Origin: Octopus sinensis
Lineage: Eukaryota
Direction: 5' to 3'
Assembly (NCBI RefSeq): GCF_006345805.1
Contig: NC_042998.1
Span: 127,162,001-127,226,000 of the forward strand
DNA length: 64,000 bases
The notes beneath the pieces are model-generated. The model did no database searches. It was not told where the DNA came from and was given only the letters and a program-made list of their open reading frames with translations. Both the position numbers and the translations under genes were made by a program. Below are positions 38,452 to 56,723 of this stretch, piece by piece; position 1 is the stretch's first letter; each line of letters opens with the position of its first letter.

Positions 38452-39660
38452 TAGAATTAAAGACAAGTCCACCTTGAAACTTTTTTATGACATAGTAATG
38501 TCTTTGTGTAAAGGATAATATAAAATACGTACTAAAATCTGTTAAATTATTTTGAATCTGGTTTAACAAAACAATTATTTTCTTTTTAATTGTGTTCCAA
38601 AAAATATAATTATAACTAAAGGTCTTGTATAAAATATGAATTCAGGGGATACTGCGGTTATCATAGTAATCTCTTCATACAGACTCCGTCAGCAGTCCAC
38701 GTAGTAATCAATTACAAAGTAATATAATGTAAAGTGTCCGTGTAAAGTAAAATCCAGAAAATCCGAGCGATAAATTATTCTGTGAGGAGTATATAAGGAA
38801 TAAGTTCAGGAGGTCAGACAGGTGAAGATAAATGTACTGAACTAAGTGATTTTAACCACATGATTTAATCAGTAAAATTTAAAAAAACAGAACAAAGATT
38901 TACTGTGGTGCTTTTCATTATTAAAAAAAAATCATCATACCAGCTGATTTGCTCTCACACCAGTCTCCCCACCTGTGTAACTACATTGGTAAATACTTTT
39001 ATGAAATTCCCTTATATTTTTATGCAATTTTATTTTTTACTTAATCTTTTGGTGCTTCTTGTTATTTTGCTTAAATTAAGGATGGTAAATTCCTTCAATT
39101 TCTCTCTGGCACTTTAATGTAATTGATGTAACGGCGTTCACATGCGAAGTAAATGTTTTTCTTTAATGAATAGCATCACAGTATGTCTCCACTTTGTTGG
39201 TTACCTTTTACTAACCAAATCAATATAATTTTTTTTAAATTCTGGCCTTCCATACATATTAAATTTAAAGAGGCAATTTTGTGTGTATATCTAGATTTGA
39301 AGCGTTGATGTAGTCATAATGCTATGGTGATTTAATGAGTTCGCTTTCTATATTTGCATTAATTCGTGAACATACGATTGTATTATATACTGCATACCTA
39401 TTAAGGTAAACATATACGTATAATTTCTTCCAAACCGATGTTAATATTACATACAAAAGTTTACGAGCCGCGTGTAATACTGTGGAAGTTACGTAATTAA
39501 ATATATATGTTTTCAATTTTCATATCTCCAGGATTAATGTAAACTTTACATGCACACACACACACACACATACACACATATATATATATATACATATGTG
39601 TGTGTGTGTCTGTGTGTGTTTGTGTATATATATATATATACATATATAAATATATACATA

Positions 39661-40170
39661 CATGGTGGCTGCCCCCTCGTTATCGAGTATGGCCATTGCA
39701 CATAGCTTAATCAATGTTGTTATCGTGCAATGCTTGTGCAAGAAGATTTTTTGTTAAGTGAGAAAAGTTTGTGCACTGAGTCAATCTCACTCACTAAGCA
39801 ACAGCAGCCATAATCCGAAAAGAAGAAGAAGTCAACATCATCGGTAACCACTGAGCTGCAGGTTTTGTGTCGGAGTTAGCCCAGTTAACTGAGTTACCTT
39901 CTCATAGAAGGATGCCTTAACAAAGGCTAGGAGTCCTTCACTCCCAATGGTTTAATCGCGCGATCGGGTATTATTTCTATGTCCCCGCGCATGATACAGC
40001 CTTAAGACAGTTATTGGATGGCCGTTGACTCTCAAGAGTTCCTCCGCCCTTTGATGGGTTTTGTTTTTCATCCCGCAAGGTATCCAATAAACACCCCCCT
40101 CACCAAGCAAGCTTGGTGGGGTTGCCAGTTTAGTCGCCGACGACCCGACCATGCAACAGGTTGTACTGGA
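39661..40170. repeat. GC-richer non-coding block between microsatellites, possibly a LINE (RTE-like) 5'UTR remnant
   Basis: Higher GC than flanks and bounded by (TA)/(CA) tracts. The resemblance to RTE 5'UTRs is recalled only. Confidence 0.3.
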
Positions 40171-40171
40171 T

Positions 40172-40218
<47 letters not shown>

Positions 40219-40223
40219 ACACG

Positions 40224-40299
<76 letters not shown>

Positions 40300-40649
40300 C
40301 CTTTAAATTTGCCTCTACGTATTTTCTATAGAAATTAGAGCCAGCACTGTAAGTTACAAAGTTGTGTATAGGAATACGTCTATATAAGCAATGCGATCGA
40401 AACAGAAAGGCAGGTAATGAGTGCATAAGCAGATTTCTGGCGTTACTGCTTCTTCTTCAGCGTTACATCGAACCCATTAAACATCCATGAAAATATTGCT
40501 TGAATAGCTACTACATGTAGCAGTGTAAAATTTTAACAATTCAATTTTACGTATTAAACACATTCTTAGCAACTGGTACGTACATATTAATTGCTTGTAA
40601 GGACACCACTAAGTTACAGGACGTAAATGCACCATCACCGCTTGTCAAG

Positions 40650-40750
40650 CAGTGACAGGGGAAAACACACACACACACATTCCACTCACAAGGCTTTGGT
40701 CGCCCGAAGTTATAGTGGAAGACACTTACCAAAGAGAGACTGAACGACCG
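40650..40750 (-). mobile_element. Degenerate fragment of a third, CORE-like SINE family
   Basis: CCACTCACAAGGCTTTGGTCGCCCGAAGTTATAGTGGAAGACACTT; related remnants near 750-890 and 59000-59060. Family identity is recalled. Confidence 0.45.
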
Positions 40751-41793
40751 TTAGCGTCTTTAAATCACTGTCTCAGATCAGCTATTGAGGGATGTCTTCG
40801 ATTATCAAAAGAAACGTCTGGCAGGCAGATTGTAATGTGGTGAAGTCATTCAGTCGACTACATCGCTTCTTTTCTTAAACTAACCTTACTTCGTCCCAGG
40901 AACAATAATACATTTACACAGGGTATTATTTAATATGTTTACAATGTTAACTGTTTATTAATTTCTATTTCACTTACACATAAATAAATCAGGGCAGATT
41001 AAGCAATAGCAGCTATCTAGATTTTTCCATTTTGCAATTGAAATCAGTTTGGATAAGATTGACATGTGGGGTGAATGCAAATTTAACCTGCAGGCAACAT
41101 AGAACATTTCAGCTACACCCTTCAGGTAATGGAGATGTTCAAACTGGAAAGACCAGTTACTGCAAACGGAAGAAAAGACCAAAAGGAACCGGAGATTGAA
41201 AGGGAGACAGAAAGTGGCAAAGAAGATATATCAACGAAGGAAAATAGAATATATTTGTGAAAATCGTAAGCATGTAATTGATATGGACAACAGCAGTTAA
41301 CTTGAGTAAAGGAACTGGAAGTAAATTTATTTTATCAAAACTGTGTTATTGACCAAGACAAATAATTAACGTCTCACGATAACAAAAATGAATTCTAGTA
41401 TAATCAAATACGGAAATATGAATTATATTTATTTCACAAATCTTGGCAGCTTATTTATGGGCTAATTCATAGGTTCGAATTACTCCATTTACTTCTCTGC
41501 TGCATATGTTATATATGTTCGCAGCCACACCTAATAAAAATACATTAAACAAAATATTTGTTCATCATTTAATATATTCGAAATATAAGTCTCAGAAATT
41601 GATATATATATATATTAATTACTCTAAATGTAATTTGTGTTGTTTTCAGGATATTTAATTATATAGAGAATTAACACGGATACACACATAACCGCGCGCG
41701 CACACACACACAAGCATACATGCATGCGCGTAGACACATACACTCACACGCATGTACTTATACGTATGCATTACTTGCGATTGCTTTGTTGTT

Positions 41794-41854
<61 letters not shown>

Positions 41855-44834
41855 GAATATGTAAATTCATGATGCAGTTACATCCGATCAATCAATCTTA
41901 GTGGATGGGAAACATTGATGTTCAAACATTATAATAACAAACGACAGAAATAAAAGCGATACCTGTTCTAAACATTGCACTTATTTTAATGGGTAAAACC
42001 GAAGCAAATCTATTCGATATTTCATTCCAGATCTTTACTTTTAGATCTCATCAAAGCTGATTTAAACATTTATTCCTGCGGGGATCAATGAAATAACTGA
42101 GCATGAGAAACCGATATAAATCTGAATAAAATCGTTTCCTAGAATTTCATATATTTTGTGAAAGAAAATCTGTTGTAAGTAAAGGAAGTATCTGAAACTG
42201 ACAGTTTGGATAAACTAATAAAACAACACCTTATTGTCTCAAAGAGAGCCAACTTTACATGGAATTATGATCTCCTTTTCACTAGGTAACGTAAGTACAT
42301 TTGTAGAAGTTGAAATACCACCCACAAAACAAGAAAATTTATGTTACTGATATCATATAAACCAGAACGTGGGAGCCAACATACACATCATTTCAACTTT
42401 GAGCATTGGACACTAAAATCAAATACTCAATTGTTCCAAAAATACTGGCCAGATAATCTATATAGAACTGAAGTTTTGAGAAACCCATTTCTAAAGGACA
42501 TGCATGCATATTTACGACTGATGTTAAACTGAACAATGAACTAACCGAAAGTTCATAGGAGCAGTATTTAGGCAGTTTGTTTAAAATGCTATAAATATAA
42601 TATGAATCTCATCGCCAAACGAATTTGATGATGTTACAGATTCAGTTTAAAACCATTCCATATTTCACTCAATTTTAGTGGCAATGTCATTAAGAAATGG
42701 TTAATAGTTTCACTGTCACAGTTATCTCTCCCCTAAAAGTCACACTTAAATGGACTCCAATATATTTTACCCTGATTGCAATTCATTTCACATTCTGTTA
42801 TATCCCTTTTCTTATGATACGTAAGTAGAGTCGACTTTAAAATCAGAAAGAAATATGTTTATTTTGCTGTGCCTCAGACAGGAGGATATAAGTTACTAAC
42901 AAGGTAAAACATATTGTGGTGAACCACCATTTTATTTTTTATACGTTCTTGTGTATGCGATAAATGCTACAGTTTCACTTTCTCTCACTTATGTTCATAA
43001 GACCTTACAGTATGTAGTCTTTGTAACATTTACCCCGTCAATCTACCGAATATTCGTGCAAGACTGTGTAACTGTGATTACATATTGTCTGCCTTCTTCA
43101 AGCCTACCGAGCTTCTGTCAAACACATTAACATTGCCAGTGTTACCGATGCATGCTCCTAATGGTGAACTGTATATACCTGCAGTATTTCCAAGAGTCTA
43201 CGTGAACTTAATCCTTTACTGTTAGGCGTTTGGGTCGCATATTGTGAGTTTTTGAGTATGTTTCAGACTCAGCCACCAACAGTACAATATTGGGTTTGGT
43301 CAAAAGTAATCGAAATGGTTGTTCAGGTCTGTTCGTACGGAATGTTATTAATGTTATTCTAATCATGATCACCTGTCTTAGTTAATCATATTCTATCAAT
43401 AAATACAGTATCAATATGTTCCTTTCGTCATTGTGCTATATAATTTGATATAGATTTTGGATGTACTTTTACAGAGGCAAGTTGAACGGCCTTGTCAAAT
43501 CTTCTTGTCAAATCGTTTCTGTTGACTGCCAATATGTTCTCAGTGAGTTTAGTTTCCAATTGTAACCATTTCGTTTTCGTTTATACTACGAACGTGTTTG
43601 CTAAGAGTATGAAAATCCCTCAAGTATGGCCCTCTCTATAGACATTGTGACCATGTCAATACTCACTATATGTCAGTAGTTATTTTAAGCTTTCTGCTTT
43701 CTTCATAGTATTATAGTGTATTTAATTAAAATTCTTGGTTGAATTTCTCTACAAAATGACAATTTAATCCCAGTGTTTACAACGTAATTCAAAATTCATT
43801 CAAAATTGTAATCTTTCTGTTTGAATTCATTTCCAATGTAATCACTAATCACATATGTTTCTACGTATTTTGAATGATCTTTTCTTTATTAGTAATTAAA
43901 TTCGTAACATAAATCATGTAAACGTATTACCATATCATCATAAACATAAGGAGAGCAAAAGAGAAAGAGAGAGAGAAAAAGAAGAATAGTGAGTGAGTGA
44001 GAGTGAGTAAGTGTAGGAGAGAGTGTGAGCAAGAGAGAGAGAGAGTGAGTGAGAGAAAGACAGACAAAGGGACACTGAAGGTTAGAGCGTATATGTAATA
44101 TCGATGTCTGTATGCAACTGAAATAGCAATATCTACGAGGAAAATGACATGTACTTATTCCATAGGGGATTAGTTGAAATGTCTTAAGAAAGATCATTCC
44201 CTGATTACATAATATAGATTTCTTACAACTTATTGATTTCTTTCAAATATGCCTGCCATCATTTAAAACAGTTGCTTCTTGACAATAAATTCAAGACAAT
44301 ACAATTCATCCTTTGTGTCTCTTATGTCGTGACAGCTTCAAAAGATTATTGTCAGTAATAATTTATTACACATTTTATTGTGCACTTCCTTAGTACATTC
44401 GAGTTCGGATTCATGCACCTTCAGTAAGAGCGAAATTTTGTTTGTCTTCTCTTTCATTTAAAAATTTTGAATCTTCAAAAAGCAATACTTCATACGGCTC
44501 TGCATGAATCTTCGTGCATCGAGAACCAGCAGTCTTTTGGGATTTTTACCCACTTCATATTATGTTGAGTACTGTATGACATATAAGGGCAAAACTTAGT
44601 GCTATTTCAGTTTGATGTTTGTGTGTTAAGCCTTTCGATTCTGATTCTCTTTATGTATTAATCTGTATTCATATAATGGAGAGTGTTTCTATATTTTTTC
44701 AAAACTTAAACTTTGGATATATTTTTTATATTTCTGTCATCATAAAGATAAATTCTCCATTTCATTCACGGGGAATTTTTCACCTGTTGGTATTGATCTG
44801 TCACGATGATTATTACTATTGTTATTATTATTAT

Positions 44835-45475
44835 GCCACCGGAGTCAACTTAACCTTTATTCCTTTCGAAATACGTACTGGGGTCGGAATACGTATTCCT
44901 TTCGGAATACGTACTGGGGTCGATGTAATTGACTTTATAATCCCTTCCCCCAAAATGTGAGGCCTTATGCTTCTAGTAGAAAGGATTACTATTATTATTA
45001 TTACTAAGGCGGCTAGCTGGCAGAATCGTTAGCACACCAGGCGAAATGTTTTGCGATGTTCCGTTTCTCTTCACGTTCTGAGTTCAAGTTCCACCGAGGT
45101 CGGCTTTGCCCTTCATCCTTTCAGGGTCGATAAATCAAGTATCAGATGAGTACTGAGATCGAATTAATCAACTACCGCCCCCCACAAAAAAAAATGTCAG
45201 GCTTCGTGCCTTTAGCAGAAAGGATTATTATTACAATTGCTACTACACTATAATTATTTAAGTCGGTGAGCTGGCAGAATCGTTAGCCCGCTAGGCAAAA
45301 TGCTTGGCGGCATTTCATCCATTTTAATTATTGAGTTCAAATTCAGCCGAGGTCGACTCTTCCTTTAATCCTTTCGGGTCGGTAAAATAGATACCAGCAA
45401 AGTATTAGGGGTCAATGTAACTGTCTAGTCCCCTCTCCCCAAGTTTTTAATTTTGTAGCTACAGTAGAAAGGTTT
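44835..45475 (+). mobile_element. Cluster of three SINE copies with tail B and (ATT)n ends
   Basis: Units at ~44835-44985 (truncated, internal duplication), ~45007-45230 and ~45260-45475, each ending near G(T/C)AGAAAGG. Confidence 0.8.
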
Positions 45476-45589
45476 ATTTATTTATATTTTAGAGAGTATT
45501 CGCACGACCCTAATGTTTCTGGCATCAAGCTCCGCCTCGTGTCTTCAAATATTTAGCGCATATCATAATACCCGAGATGCTTTAAAATA

Positions 45590-46180
45590 TCTATAAAAGG
45601 GAAGTTTTCTGTGTGTGTATGTGTGTGTGTACAAAAATATAATATACCTCAATAACATCTACATCTTTCATCCGATTTCTTTAAAATTTTATACACAACT
45701 GCTTCATATCCCAGCTCCGAACATAAGCTACTTAGAGTTTTAAAAATCGATATTAGGACCTCCATAGCGATGGGAAACCAACAATAGATGATTCCATTTC
45801 ATTTGCATTAATCAGCTATTTTATAATCTGTAGGATCTTCCTTACATTTTCTTATTTTTTGATAAAAGTGAAAGGATTTTGTTAATTTATTTATTTCCAC
45901 TGTCCACCAATGACGGTGATTTAATTGACAAGGAACACTAAACGCATACATTTCCACAATTCTCAACCGATTTTCACCTAACTTTACAGACACATTACTT
46001 ATGTCCCAAGGATGGTTATGCACTAAACATTTTCCCCAGAGCTCCAGCGAAATGGCCCTAAATAGACATAGTTTTTTGTATGTAGGGTTTTCCGTACTTT
46101 TTATATATTTTTTTATAAAAGTAAAAGGATTTTGTCTATTTATTTCGACTGTCCAACTGCCACAGTGATGAAATCAACCT
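45590..46180 (+). mobile_element. Helitron-like non-autonomous remnant with internal sub-repeats
   Basis: Starts TCTATAAAAGGGAAGTTTTCTGTGTGTG; two CCGATTT..AA..TTTA.A.ACAC blocks (~45672, ~45966); two ATAAAAGT(G/A)AAAGGATTTTGT...CTGTCCA blocks (~45863, ~46115). No clear 3' end. Confidence 0.45.
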
Positions 46181-47890
46181 TCAAATAAGAGTTTTGCTTC
46201 CACTAGCGAAAGCTATATGTATCTTTATGAAAACTCCATACCAATTTAACTTCATGCAGCATTCGCTGTTAGTTTATGCGCAGGCTATGTGGGAAGACAG
46301 AATAAAGGGGATTTTGTTAGCTTGTCTCTCAGAAAAAACAGCTCACTTCGCTGTTGAAAAAAATAAACTCGCAGAGGGGAAGTTTCAACGTCTTCATTCA
46401 CTTCCATTACACCATATATGTGGCTGTCTCTGACAAGAAATTTTGCTTTCATGTAAAGAAAAACTGTATTTTGTAGTCATTATCCGTAGTCTACTCCCAA
46501 AACACTTCAGTAGCTCTACTTTGCATGGCTTGTAAAGTTATATATTCTATGACCATTAAAGTCCAACGACCTCCACAAAAATCAGCCTTCAATATGATTT
46601 TCCGTTCTAGGTTAATCGGAAACATTGATTGCCGTGGTACTCATAAACCTTCTTGGTATTCCAATTATTTGGCGAAAAAATACCACCGAAGCAACCTAAA
46701 CCGTCCAAATGACGGGTGTGTTTGCTAGCTTAATGAAATATTCCTGTCATAATATCACTACTAAATGAGAAATTGTCATTATATTCCTGCTCATTGAAAC
46801 ACTTTTGAATTCCTACTTTTCTCTGACCTCCCTATCTAAATTGGGCATACTGCACCAATTATTTACTAGCTCTTGTATCATTCTGAAGCATGAAACTATT
46901 CGCTTGTGATGGCTTCCGTTCTGTGTCTGTCTGGATTTTCAAGAAATACATAAATTTTACCATGTCGTTTTCGAGAGCTTCTGTTGCTCTATGATCTTAC
47001 CACATTTCTAGGTAGTTGCGCAATGTTCCCTGCATAAGTGATGCAATTATGTAATGTCTCAAGTATTTGTATCGTTCCTGAACCAAGTTCTTACACTTTA
47101 GACATATTGGTGATACGTCTTCAATTTCTATATATTTTCTTACTGCTTTTGACACCCATTTTCTTTAAACAGCCCAGACACCAACTGTTTCCTGATGAAA
47201 GTCTCGCGCATTTCATCATCACGATCCCCCTCCTCCTCCTCCTCCTCCTCCCCATCATCACCGCCACAACTGCTACCATCACCACTATCCTTATACTTCT
47301 GCTACTCCTCCTGCGCCTATATCTCCTCTTGCTTCTTATTATTTATGTATTATCATTGTTGTTAATATTATTATTATTATCGTATCAATATTAGTAAGAT
47401 TAGGAAAATCGTTAAACCGATGGACATAATGATTTGCGGTTTTTCTTCCGGCTATATACGATCGGAATTGAAATACCGCAGAACTCACCTTGATTTTCTT
47501 CCATCTGGGATGCCTGAGATAATGTAATAGTCAAGAACTATGGACGATGACATCGACTAATTCGCTCTCCCATATTTACTAGCTTTATATCTAAATTAGA
47601 ATAAACTAAAAGAAATCATTATTATTGTTTTGTTAGCGTTCTGTTAAATTGGAAACAATTATTGTTTAAAGCCGTGAACTGATAGAATAGAATGTTGGAA
47701 AGGATGCATTGTTGAATTCGTTCTTAGTCTTTACGTTCTGATTTCAAATTACCTCCGGCGATGAAAGGCAAAGTTGACCACGGTCGTATGAAGTAGCAGT
47801 CAAGTACTAATGTTGATGGTATATACAAATCGCATTTTGCTGCATTGTGCCTAAATCAGAGAACATTATTATTATTATCATTATTATTAC

Positions 47891-47942
<52 letters not shown>

Positions 47943-47988
47943 GTTGTTGCTGTTGTTGTTGTTGTTATTATTATTATTATTATTATTA

Positions 47989-48498
47989 CTTTTTTTTTAT
48001 CTTCCATCAAATTTTCTTCCATTTCTTGCCGAGTGTCTTCCCGACTCCTAGGGCAAAGAAACTCATAGTGTATATTGGTAGGCCATTAAACCAAACTCAG
48101 TAGTTCGTTAATTTAAAAAAAAATTTTTTTTAAAGTTAAATTAAAATGCATGAGCAGCAACAGTTCTCACATCGACAATGCTCTTCTCAATACGTGTGAT
48201 GTACCAGTTAAGACAATCTTTTGCACTTCTTGCAGGGATGGTAAGCCAGGGATCATTCTCATATAATTTTCGGTTCCCTTCTTGATCATTCCTATTGCTC
48301 CTACGATCACTGGTATTGTAACCGCCTTGAGATGCCACATTTTCTCAATTTCAATGAGTAGGTCTTTATATTTTCTGAGCTTGTCAAACTCTTTCGCTGA
48401 GATATTATGATCACAGGGGATGCTCATGTCGATCAATAAGCAAACTTTATTGTTTTGGTCTTTCACAACAATATCTGGTTTATTGGCCTTGATGGTTA

Positions 48499-48500
<2 letters not shown>
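47989..48500 (-). pseudogene. R4/Dong-clade LINE 3' fragment flanked by (TAA)n on both sides
   Basis: IKANKPDIVVKD...LIDMSIP...KLRKYKDL...IPVIVGAIG...TSHVLRRALSM*. Tracts at 47868-47988 and 48501-48567. Confidence 0.92.
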
Positions 48501-48570
<70 letters not shown>

Positions 48571-49125
48571 GATTAAAGTTACCAGATTATCGAAAACATG
48601 TTCTATGGTATTTGTCTCCTTTTGTAAACCTCTTTACTTTTTGTGCTTAAACTCTGTTGAAAACGAATCTACAGCCCATCTTCCTGGATTTGAGAAAATA
48701 ATGTACCTGTCACAATACTTGTATGGATATTTTTTACTTCTTTAGTTGCAACAGATTAATCAAAACTACTGTGTTTTCTGCCTTTGTTGCAATCATGACT
48801 TCGTGGCAAGTAGTGATCGTTTAAGTAGGCATAAATTATGTGAGGTTGAGAGAGGTCTGTATGAAGATATGTATCCTAATGACGTCACGAAAACCAGGAT
48901 GCGAGTCTAGAACTGTGCCTCGTCGTAGGAAGGACGGAAAAATATGAGACTTCTGACGTAGGCAGAAAGCGTAATTGTTTCCTGTGTGGAATTTAAGAAC
49001 TTTTTACTTGAAGGACGTTGAAAGGTAAAGGAATAGAAATTGCAGTTGGCAGTAACATAGTTAGCAACGCTAAGAATATATTTAAAGCACATCTCGTTAG
49101 ATGATTTGCTGCAGTTATGAATAAT

Positions 49126-49337
49126 TCTTTCTACGAAAGGAACAAAGCATGAAATTTTGGGGATGGTACTAATCGATTATACCGAGCCCAGTGTTTCAGT
49201 GGTACTTAATTTATCGATCTTGAAAGTATGAAAGGCAAAGTCGACCTCGGCGGAATTTGAAGTCAGAGCGCAGCGACAGGCGAAATGCCGCTAAGCGTTT
49301 CGTCCAGCGCGCTAACGGTTCTGCCAGATCACCGCCT
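49126..49337 (-). mobile_element. SINE monomer (tail B) with 16-bp TSD
   Basis: TGCAGTTATGAATAAT at 49110-49125 and 49338-49353. Confidence 0.9.
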
Positions 49338-50087
49338 TGCAGTTATGAATAATGAAGAACGGAAAGAAGTCCCCTCGCTGTGAATTCCAAATGGCGACAG
49401 ATAGATACAGAACAGGGCTGGAATATTGTCAAAAAGTGCAAAAGTAAATTAAAAATAAAAAGGACTCGGTTAAATCAGTCGTAATCTAAGAAATGTTGAG
49501 TAAAATGTTGACGGATGAGGTCAACTCTTCAGGAAAATGAACGAAGTTTATTGTTCTTTGCATAGTCAATGGCCGACTGAGGGACTTATAGAAGAAGGCA
49601 TGCAAGCAAATATTAGAAAAACTAAAGATAAATTTGTAGGGATATAAATGAAGAAGAAAAAATTAAAATACTTTCAATACTATGAAGTTAATCACAAAGA
49701 CATGCGCTGGCAACTCAGAGGTTCACAGGGTCTTTCACATCCAACTATTTCAAGTATTTGGATGTAGAGTACATGGAAATGGAACGTGAACAGATTTGTA
49801 GGGTGTTCTGATAAAATCCAGATGGTGGCCTTCACCGGTTTGTGGTGGAATTGCATTTGATATTTCCATTTATTTATTTTCATTTATATATAGATAGATT
49901 TGTTTTATTTATTAATTTATTACTGTTTATTATTTAGTTTTAAAGTATTGATATTTTGTGTAACGCTTTTACTTCCTCCTTCTTTCTGATATAAACGTTG
50001 TTTTAGAATACCACATTTCTGGCAGGCCAGTTTCTGTAAAATATTTCTAATTAAAGAATTGACCCTTGAGGCAAGTAAAGTTCATGA

Positions 50088-50288
50088 TATGGTGAGCTGC
50101 CAGAATCTTTAGTACGCCGGAGAAATGCTTAGCAGCATTTCTTCTTGCTTTACGCTCTGAGTTCGAATGCTACCGAAGTCGACTTTGCCTTTCCGCCTTT
50201 AGACTTCGATATAGCAAAGTGCCAGTTAAGAACTACGGTCGATGGAAAATTGCTGGTATTGAATCAAAATAGAAAGAATTATTATTAT
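50088..50288 (+). mobile_element. Degenerate SINE with (ATT)n tail
   Basis: GGTGAGCTGCCAGAATC head, GAGTTCGAATGC B box, GTCGACTTTGCCTTTC core, AGAAAGAATTATTATT end. Confidence 0.7.
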
Positions 50289-50850
50289 TGGTTGTCAGCT
50301 TCAACATATGTTCTTCTCCCTCCTTTCGATGCCTTTTGGATTACTGTGTTTTTCGAAGATTTTCACTTGTTTATGTCGCCAAAGCTATTTTACAAGGCAA
50401 GCGATTTAATTAATTTTCACAATAATGTTATTTTATCGAACATTTTCCAGTCCGTTTTTTGTTTGAGGTCTTTCGTATTGGTTCAAGTGAATGAAGGAAC
50501 GCCTACGAAAATAAAATAGAAATCAGCTTCATGAACACTAAGCTGAAAAACCTAAGCGAGCCTGCTTTACAATGAGAGATACATGCTTTGGAAAAAGAAA
50601 CTGTGTTTTCCGAAAACAATCATTTATTGATTGGTTGTGGAAGCACGCAGCGGAGTAATAAGAATAACAACGACGTTGACTCTCGCATACAAGACTCCAA
50701 CGTCAACGCGTGTGCAAAAGAAATATCAGAGTTGTTATATGAAAATTGATTCTAACGTGGAATTTTATTGTATGGACAGAGTTCAGTCCCACATAGGGAT
50801 GTGGAAAAACCAAGGAAAACGTATACACACATGTGTATGTGTGTGTGCGT

Positions 50851-50888
<38 letters not shown>

Positions 50889-51789
50889 GGCAGAGACAGA
50901 GAGACAGAGAGACAGAGAGAGGAGAGAAATCTATCATCTTGTCCAAACAACTGATACATGAGCGGTTAAATAGGTCGATGTTTTCTCAATCGTTGAAAAC
51001 TCTGGTGGACATTTGGGATAACACATTTTTCTAGTGTCTGTCTGATATTCGTTAGGGAAGGTGGAGCGTGATTACAGGCGGGGATTCTGCTTAAAACGCC
51101 CGTTCATGCACTCGCATCTTCATCTGTAGAATGGTGTTATACAAGGTTAAGAATGAGGGACATAGTAAATGGCTCCTGATTTGTAGTCACCTGATTTGTA
51201 GGCGATTATAGACTCTTCTCTCTCTCATAGTAACATGCAACTGACTACTCCATTTTCTCGTGATACTGTGGAGGATATGGCGAACGAATAAGACGAGTAA
51301 AACTGTCGGTGAAATATTAGATGTCACAAAATAAAGAACAAACTAAAAACGACAAGTGAATCACAATTGAGGGCGATTAAATAATTGTAGGTCTCTTTCA
51401 CTCTCAGAGCAGAGTCATAAAGGTCACAGGGATGCAGTTGAGATGCGAAGCTGGAAAGACCGCGTAAGAGCAAGTTGCTATTTTGACGGAAAGAGGTTCT
51501 TAGAAGGCAAATAACCAGCAGTAGATGACTATAAATATGCAGACGATTGACTATTCGTAAAATTCTCACTACATGAATGACGTTTCACTGCAGCTAAAGG
51601 TACAATTCTAAAGATATCAACAGTTACTATTACATGCAACAGAACTCAGTAAACGGAGTTACGAAAGGGCAGAATGTCTTTTTTTCTCTTTTGAGTCTCT
51701 GACGCAATCTATGTGGTATGAAGTAATCTTTCAGATGTGTATTTTACTATTACGGATTTTTCTAAATCTTGTATTTGTTACCATGTAAT

Positions 51790-52075
51790 TCTGCATAGCT
51801 TACAAACATTTAGCTTTTCCAACATAGATACTGTATAATATCTTTGGAGCTCTTCGATTTTACATAATTTGTTTCTCCACGCCACATGTTTTTTAACTCA
51901 TATATCTGCATGTCTTTTAACCATGCCTAATTCACCTATTATTAAAGGGATTACTTCTATCTTCAGGCCCCACATTCGGGATATCTCTATTTCCAGGTCA
52001 GTGAATTTCAAAAGTTTCTCCATTTCTTTTGGAAGTACATTGTCATCTGTTGAAACTGATACGTTTATTAGTTTT
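51790..52075 (-). pseudogene. R4/Dong-clade RLE fragment
   Basis: LINVSVSTDDNVLPKEMEKLLKFTDLEIEISRMWGLKIEVIPLIIGELGMVK. Confidence 0.8.
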
Positions 52076-52094
52076 GATGGTTCCTACAACAATG

Positions 52095-52437
52095 TCTGCA
52101 TAAAAAAGAAGTAAAGATAATAGATGTTGCAATACCAGGTGATTCGAGGGTGAAATGTAAGGAAACAGAAAAGAGTGAGAGATACCAGCCACTGCGGGAC
52201 GAGATAGAAACGTTATGGGGTATGATGAAAGAATGATGACACCGGTGGTAATTGGAACATTTGGAGCAGTTTCTAAAGGCTTTGAAAAACATATTAAGAA
52301 TATTGGAGCTGCTGTCAGCTCGCATTCTAAGGAGAACATTGTCTCTTTGAATCATAGGAGAAGGCATTACTTGAAACCTTTGATGATTTTTGTTGCCTGC
52401 TTTCAAATAAAGAAAAACCGGTAATTAAGAACTATCC
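52095..52437 (+). pseudogene. R4/Dong-clade 3' fragment with (GAT)n/(AAT)n tail
   Basis: KIIDVAIPGDSRVKCKETEKSERYQPLRDEIETLWG...PVVIGTFGAVSKG...ARILRRTLSL*. Confidence 0.85.
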
Positions 52438-52560
<123 letters not shown>

Positions 52561-52564
52561 AAGA

Positions 52565-56722
<4,158 letters not shown>

Positions 56723-56723
<1 letters not shown>

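Noticed and set aside
43011-43390. Cys-containing candidate exons on the plus strand
   Set aside because: Several alternative frames are equally plausible and none is recognisable.
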